Assembly: GCF_000284455.1 (NCBI RefSeq)
Contig: NC_017039.1
Location: 780,001 to 812,000, forward strand
Reading direction: 5' to 3'
DNA: 32,000 nt
Source: Synechocystis sp. PCC 6803 substr. PCC-P
GTDB taxonomy: Bacteria > Cyanobacteriota > Cyanobacteriia > Cyanobacteriales > Microcystaceae
The position numbers were made by a program, and so were the translations under genes. Below, one piece after another: positions 26,971-32,000 of the stretch. Position 1 is the first letter of the stretch. Every line of letters starts with the position of its first letter. The notes beneath the pieces were generated by a model. That model did not search any database and was not told the DNA's origin. It was given only the letters and a program-made list of their open reading frames with translations.

Positions 26971-29589
26971 CTAGGTGATAACAAAATTGACTAATTTACC
27001 CGGTACGACAATTACCTTTTTAATCGTTTTCCCTTCCAAATAACGTTGGGCTAAATCAGAATTACGGGCCAATTCTTCCAACTGGGTTTTATCCGCACTG
27101 GCGGGAACAGTGATAGTTCCCCGAGTTTTGCCTAGCACTTGAATGACCAACGTAATTTCATCTAATACTAGGGCAGTGGGATCCACCTGCAACCAAGCCT
27201 GTTGGTGAATGGAGTCAGTACGACCCAAACGATGCCACAATTCCTCCGTCAAGTGGGGCGCAAAGGGAGCAAGGAGTAACAGCAGGGTTTCAATGCCTTC
27301 TTGGTAAACGGGAAAAGAAATCAAATCCGTCGCCGCAATTAGGGCATTACTGAGTTTCATCATTTCGGAAATAGCGGTGTTGAACTGGTAATCGTCGTTC
27401 AAATCCTCCGCCACTTCTTTGATTGCCCCATGGATAGCCCGCCGTAAATCTTTCTCCGCTTTAGTTAAAGGCTCGTTGGTCACTAAGGTTTCGGGGCGCA
27501 CCGCGAAGCGGATCCCTGCGGGATCGCCAATGTAATCGGTTACTAAGCGCCAAACCCGATTGAGAAAGCGGAATTGACCTTCCACGTCCGCATCGTCCCA
27601 TTCTAAATCCTTCTCTGGAGGGGCTTTGAAAAGGATAAACATCCGGGCGGTGTCGGCACCATATTTAGCCAACACTTCTTGGGGATCCACACCGTTAAAT
27701 TTGGATTTAGACATTTTTTCGTAGAAAACCTGTAGCGGTTCCCCACTGTCGGGGTCCTTTGGATCCTTGGGATCAATTACCTGTTGTCCCGTTTGCAAAT
27801 CCTTGGCCGGCACATATTTGCCCGTGGTGGGATTTTTGTAGGTAATACCCTGCACCATGCCCTGGGTTAACAATTTTTGGAACGGTTCTTTGACGGGAAT
27901 TAACTGGCGATCGGCCAAAACTTTGGTGAAAAAGCGGGAATAAAGCAAATGTAAAATGGCGTGTTCAATGCCCCCCACATACTGGTCTACCGGCAACCAG
28001 TGGGCAACTTTTTCCCCATCAAAGGGCAACTCAGTGTTTTGGGCATCGGCATAACGCAGAAAATACCAGGAAGAATCAATGAACGTATCCATGGTGTCCG
28101 TTTCCCGCCGGGCTGGTTTTCCACAACTGGGACAGGGCACGTTAATCCAATCCTCTAATTTCGCTAGGGGAGAAGGGCCACGACCGGAAAATTCCACATT
28201 ATCTGGCAACTCCACCGGCAAATCCTTGGTCGGTACGGGCACTGCTCCACAGTCATCGCAATGAATGATGGGAATGGGACAGCCCCAATATCGTTGTCGA
28301 GAAATCAACCAATCCCGCAGACGATATTGCACTTTGGCCCGACCATAATCATTATCTTCAGCGAATTTAATAATGGCCTGTTTTGCTTTGGGGGAAGCCA
28401 TACCGGTGAATTGAGCTGAATTAACCATCACCCCCGCTTCGGTATAGGCCACCGTCAAATTCACATCACTGTTATCGGCATCGTCGGGAATAATCACCAC
28501 TTGCATGGGCAAATTATTATCCTGGGCAAATTTGAAATCCCGTTGATCGTGGGCGGGAACCCCCATCACTGCGCCGGTGCCGTATTCGTATAGAACATAA
28601 TCGGCAATCAAAATGGGAATTTCTTCTCCGTTGAAGGGATTGATAGCAATGCCACCGGTTTTAACACCACGCTTGGGTTTATCCTCCGCTGTCCGTTCAA
28701 TTTCACTCTCTTTGGCCACCATGGCGACAAACTCATCCACTGTGCCCTGTTGTTCTGCTGTGGTAACCACCTTGGTTAAAGGATGTTCTGGGGCTAAAAC
28801 CACGTAGGTAACGCCGTAAACCGTGTCCGGGCGGGTGGTGAAAACAGCAATTTTTTCCTGACTATCCTTGATGGGAAATTCCAAATAAGCCCCCACGGAT
28901 TTGCCAATCCAATGGGACTGCATCAGTTTGACCCGTTCTGGCCAGCCCGTTAATTGCTCTAAATCATTCAGTAAAGCTTCGGCGTAGTCGGTGATTTTTA
29001 AGAACCATTGCCGCAATAATTTACGCTCCACCATGGCCCCCGATCGCCAGGAGCGGCCTTCACTATCGACCTGCTCATTGGCCAGAACTGTTTGATCAAT
29101 GGGGTCCCAATTAACGGTGGCTTCTTTTTGGTAGGCCAAACCAGCTTGGAAAAATTCCAAAAACAACCATTGGGTCCAACGGTAATAATCGGGGGCACAG
29201 GTGGCCACTTCCCGTTCCCAATCGATGGAAAGCCCCAACTGTTGCAACTGGGCTCGCATCTGGGCAATATTTTTTTCTGTCCACTGCTTGGGGGGAATAC
29301 CCCGCTCAATGGCTGCATTTTCCGCCGGTAAACCAAAGGCATCCCAACCCATAGGATGCAACACCTGGTAACCCTGCATCCGTTTTAACCGAGCAATGAC
29401 ATCGGTGATGGTGTAGTTGCGCACATGGCCCATGTGGAGGTTCCCGGAAGGATAGGGAAACATGGACAGGGCATAAAATTTAGGCAGATCAGAGGCGATC
29501 GGTGTTTTGTCCAACCCCCATTCAGCCCAGCGTTGTTGCCATTTTTGCTCGATTTCACCAGCGTTGTATGGGGATGCCACGACGACCAA
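26971..29589 (-). CDS. leuS: Leucyl-tRNA synthetase
   Basis: 872-aa ORF. HIGH-type [43 protein letters not shown]. Confidence 0.98.
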   Translation of the reverse strand: MVVVASPYNAGEIEQKWQQRWAEWGLDKTPIASDLPKFYALSMFPYPSGNLHMGHVRNYTITDVIARLKRMQGYQVLHPMGWDAFGLPAENAAIERGIPPKQWTEKNIAQMRAQLQQLGLSIDWEREVATCAPDYYRWTQWLFLEFFQAGLAYQKEATVNWDPIDQTVLANEQVDSEGRSWRSGAMVERKLLRQWFLKITDYAEALLNDLEQLTGWPERVKLMQSHWIGKSVGAYLEFPIKDSQEKIAVFTTRPDTVYGVTYVVLAPEHPLTKVVTTAEQQGTVDEFVAMVAKESEIERTAEDKPKRGVKTGGIAINPFNGEEIPILIADYVLYEYGTGAVMGVPAHDQRDFKFAQDNNLPMQVVIIPDDADNSDVNLTVAYTEAGVMVNSAQFTGMASPKAKQAIIKFAEDNDYGRAKVQYRLRDWLISRQRYWGCPIPIIHCDDCGAVPVPTKDLPVELPDNVEFSGRGPSPLAKLEDWINVPCPSCGKPARRETDTMDTFIDSSWYFLRYADAQNTELPFDGEKVAHWLPVDQYVGGIEHAILHLLYSRFFTKVLADRQLIPVKEPFQKLLTQGMVQGITYKNPTTGKYVPAKDLQTGQQVIDPKDPKDPDSGEPLQVFYEKMSKSKFNGVDPQEVLAKYGADTARMFILFKAPPEKDLEWDDADVEGQFRFLNRVWRLVTDYIGDPAGIRFAVRPETLVTNEPLTKAEKDLRRAIHGAIKEVAEDLNDDYQFNTAISEMMKLSNALIAATDLISFPVYQEGIETLLLLLAPFAPHLTEELWHRLGRTDSIHQQAWLQVDPTALVLDEITLVIQVLGKTRGTITVPASADKTQLEELARNSDLAQRYLEGKTIKKVIVVPGKLVNFVIT

Positions 29590-29704
29590 GATCTCCTAAG
29601 CCCAGTTGATTACAGGCTTGTTAGTATACCATTCTGACTTGGGCCCAAGGTTGTCTGTTAACCATCCTAGACCAGTGACCACGTAGAGATTGAAATTTGC
29701 GATT

Positions 29705-30913
29705 ATGGAAACTATTCAATTCAACATACGCCAGACAATTATTGTCGCAATTTTAGTGCTTTACATTGGTAAATATCTCACTAAAAAAATTAAGTTTTTG
29801 CAGAGTTTTAATATTCCCGATGCCGTTTCCGGTGGAGTGCTAGCTTCCCTGTTTTTTGGTCTCATCTACGGTATTTTTCGCACAGAAGTAGCTTTCAATT
29901 TTCCGATTAGGGATGCTTTTTTAATTATTTTCTTTACCTGCATTGGTCTATCTTCCAAGTTAAAAGTCCTACTCCAGGGCGGCAAACCCCTATTGATTCT
30001 TTTAGCAACAGCGGTGAGTTTTTTAGTAATTCAAAATTTTGTCGGGGTGGGTATGGCTTCCCTATTGGGGCAGGCGTTACCAGTGGGTTTACTCTCCGGG
30101 TCCATTTCCCTGAGTGGTGGCCATGGCACGGCGATCGCCTGGTCTCCGGTTTTTTATGATAACCACGGCATCCGTAATGCTTCGGAAATTGCCATAGCCT
30201 GTGCCACTTTTGGGCTGGTGTTCGGGGGCATTGTGGGAGGCCCCATCGCCAAATTTTTAATTATCCGCAATAAGTTAGAACCGGATTGTGACACTAAAGA
30301 TTTGACCATTGGCATCCGGCGAGATCAGGACAATGTGCAAATTGATTACAACACCATGCTCCACACCATTTTAGTCATTGGCGTTACCATCGGTCTTGGC
30401 TATGAAATTAACGATCTGGTTGCTAAGTTGGGGTTAATGTTGCCGGCCTTTGTTTCCTGTTTACTGGCGGGGATCGTGCTCACCAACACCATTCCCCTCG
30501 CTTTTAAAAAATTCCCTTGGCCGGCGGAAACCCCTTCCCTCGCCCTGATTTCCGACGTTAGTTTGGGACTATTCCTGGCCATTTCCCTGATGAGCCTGCA
30601 ACTCTGGACCTTAGCCGACATTGGCGGAGTGATCGCCCTGATCCTCCTGGTCCAATTCATGGCCACAGTGCTCTACAGCATTGCTGTTGTTTTTCCCCTC
30701 ATGGGGCGTGACTACAACGCAGCGGTAGTTTGCTCCGGTTATTCCGGTTTAACCCTGGGGGCCACCCCCACGGCGATCGCCAATATGACCGCAGTGACGG
30801 AAAAATTCGGCGCCGCTCCCCAGGCTTTCATCGTTGTACCCTTGGTGGGGGCCTTCTTCATCGACATTGCCAATGCCTTTGTGATCCAGCAATTTCTCAA
30901 TTTTCTTGGCTAG
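29705..30913 (+). CDS. gltS: Sodium/glutamate symporter
   Basis: Around 400-aa hydrophobic ORF. PDAVSGGVLASL, SGGHGTAIAW, and FVSCLLAGIVLTN are characteristic. The track start is 29690; the ATG at 29705 (METIQFNIRQT) looks likelier. Confidence 0.9.
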   Translation: METIQFNIRQTIIVAILVLYIGKYLTKKIKFLQSFNIPDAVSGGVLASLFFGLIYGIFRTEVAFNFPIRDAFLIIFFTCIGLSSKLKVLLQGGKPLLILLATAVSFLVIQNFVGVGMASLLGQALPVGLLSGSISLSGGHGTAIAWSPVFYDNHGIRNASEIAIACATFGLVFGGIVGGPIAKFLIIRNKLEPDCDTKDLTIGIRRDQDNVQIDYNTMLHTILVIGVTIGLGYEINDLVAKLGLMLPAFVSCLLAGIVLTNTIPLAFKKFPWPAETPSLALISDVSLGLFLAISLMSLQLWTLADIGGVIALILLVQFMATVLYSIAVVFPLMGRDYNAAVVCSGYSGLTLGATPTAIANMTAVTEKFGAAPQAFIVVPLVGAFFIDIANAFVIQQFLNFLG

Positions 30914-31176
30914 ATCTATTGTGAAAAAAAGAGGGATGAGGCGCATTATTAACGGACAGCAACAGCCACCCCAACCCGCAGGCTAGAGTGGACTCAGTTG
31001 CCAAAACATGACATGATTCCGTTGGAGCTGAGCTCCTTGGACAGGAATGGAAGCGAAAACAGACCACTTCTTCCCCCAGTTCAGGTAGAGTTTTTCCCCA
31101 GAACCTAATCTGGAGTCAACTTGCTAAGAGAGACCAGCCCGGACAAAACCAATACTATTGCCTAGAAACCGCTCAG

Positions 31177-31500
31177 TTAACGAGTTCCAGCGCCTACAGG
31201 AGTTTTGGTGCTAGGGGTGGGTAGTTGATACTCCCGCAGACTGGGGAATAGAAAATGATTCTCTTCCACATACTGGGCCCCAAACAGTCCCTTCTCGGCC
31301 CAAAAATATCGATCAGTAGTGTGCTCATTTCGTTTTACAATGAGCAAGGCCGGGGGCTGAATTTCGTTAGCTTGGATGTAGCGACGAGCGGCCGTGACAG
31401 GCTTATCCTCGCCGCTTTCAATATTAAACTGAGGAACAAGCTCCAAAATCTTACGACCTTCTTGACGACGACGACTCTTCCGTTTGCGTTTACGTGCCAA
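31177..31500 (-). CDS. DUF3155-family cyanobacterial protein
   Basis: 107-aa ORF with VTAARRYIQANEIQPPALLIVKRNEHTTDRYFWAEKGLFGAQYVEENHFLFPSL. TTG start (MARKRKRKSRRRQ) with a strong AGGAGGT upstream. Confidence 0.85.
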   Translation of the reverse strand: MARKRKRKSRRRQEGRKILELVPQFNIESGEDKPVTAARRYIQANEIQPPALLIVKRNEHTTDRYFWAEKGLFGAQYVEENHFLFPSLREYQLPTPSTKTPVGAGTR

Positions 31501-31743
31501 CCCAGTTACCTCCTATTTCAGCTATATGCTGTAATGATAGTTACAAAAGCCGTGCCGATTATATCCGGTCTAATTCTAAATATCAAGCCCCTCAAGCCCT
31601 TGCGGCGCTAAGGGGATCGCTGATTCTAAACACCATTTAGGTAGGGTTTCACCCCCTAAAACTGCCCCCTAGGGCCATAAGTAGACCAATTCAAATCTTA
31701 ATATTTCTTAACATTTCTGGGGTCTAGCCCCACCACAAGCCCC

Positions 31744-32000
31744 ATGGCCGGTTCCATCTCATCAATGTATTCCCCCAGTGCTGGGTTAATTTCCCTTTGT
31801 CAGTCACAGGTTCGGCTTTTGCAACAGGGATTGCGGGTGGACTGGTGCGGCGTTTATCTAAATCAAGAAGAAACGGAACAGGGATTGGTGCCGCTGGTGG
31901 TTTCCCATGGTTCAACGCTGGTTGAGTCAGAAAGTTATGGGTTAATAAGTCTACCACAAGGAGAGGTGTCTCCCCCGATGGACGATTTTTCTTTGCCGGC
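31744..32000 (+). CDS. hik2: N-terminus (partial) of a Hik2/CSK-like sensor histidine kinase, truncated by the window end
   Basis: Hand translation MAGSISSMYSPSAGLISLCQSQVRLLQQGLRVDWCGVYLNQEETEQGLVPLVVSHGSTLVESESYGLISLPQGEVSPPMDDFSLP... stays open to the window edge. It matches my recollection of the Synechocystis Hik2 GAF N-terminus, with Cys at position 19. Confidence 0.7.
   Translation, partial: MAGSISSMYSPSAGLISLCQSQVRLLQQGLRVDWCGVYLNQEETEQGLVPLVVSHGSTLVESESYGLISLPQGEVSPPMDDFSLP

Noticed and set aside
29590-29704. Possible riboswitch or leader RNA between leuS and gltS
   Set aside because: It has a short divergent spacer and no recognisable glutamine, T-box or other aptamer consensus by eye.
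30914-31176. tRNA or small structured RNA downstream of gltS
   Set aside because: No T-loop consensus (GGTTCGAATCC-like) or convincing cloverleaf or terminator hairpin was seen.
31255-31611. 118-aa + strand ORF overlapping the DUF3155 gene
   Set aside because: It is antisense to a conserved-looking protein and has no recognisable domain. It is best explained as a shadow ORF.
1-32000. CRISPR arrays, rRNA or tRNA genes
   Set aside because: No regularly spaced direct repeats, rRNA landmarks or tRNA T-loop motifs were noticed on reading. The only recurrent short repeat is GCGATCGC (HIP1), a known dispersed cyanobacterial octamer.

Overview
The window looks like a cyanobacterial chromosome segment. 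GCGATCGC (HIP1) sites are scattered through it, and gene content and order match my recollection of Synechocystis sp. PCC 6803. That identification is inference, since no search was run. Most of it is ordinary core content: a PDZ/radical-SAM protein, a GAF-PP2C phosphatase, argH, a Nudix hydrolase, a B12-type radical-SAM/DUF2344 protein, the ctaC-ctaD-ctaE oxidase operon, a thioredoxin, a DegT-type aminotransferase, tandem GAF and GAF-GGDEF genes, a P-type cation ATPase, leuS, gltS, a DUF3155 protein, and the start of a Hik2-like sensor kinase. Two regions stand out. (1) Minus strand 21652->16187 is a co-oriented unit headed by a clear guanidine-I (ykkC) riboswitch. It continues with a ureohydrolase matching the Ni-dependent guanidine hydrolase GdmH, then HypA and HypB nickel chaperones, then a complete nitrate/taurine-type ABC importer. 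This reads as a riboswitch-controlled import and degradation module. (2) 5920-8067 is a strongly AT-rich, HIP1-free gene for a 715-aa KAP/P-loop NTPase. It sits beside decayed DUF29 and HicA-like remnants and shares its stop-codon bases with the convergent core gene. It is a plausible single-gene accessory or defence candidate of unknown function. No tRNA, rRNA, CRISPR array or intact transposon was recognised by eye.
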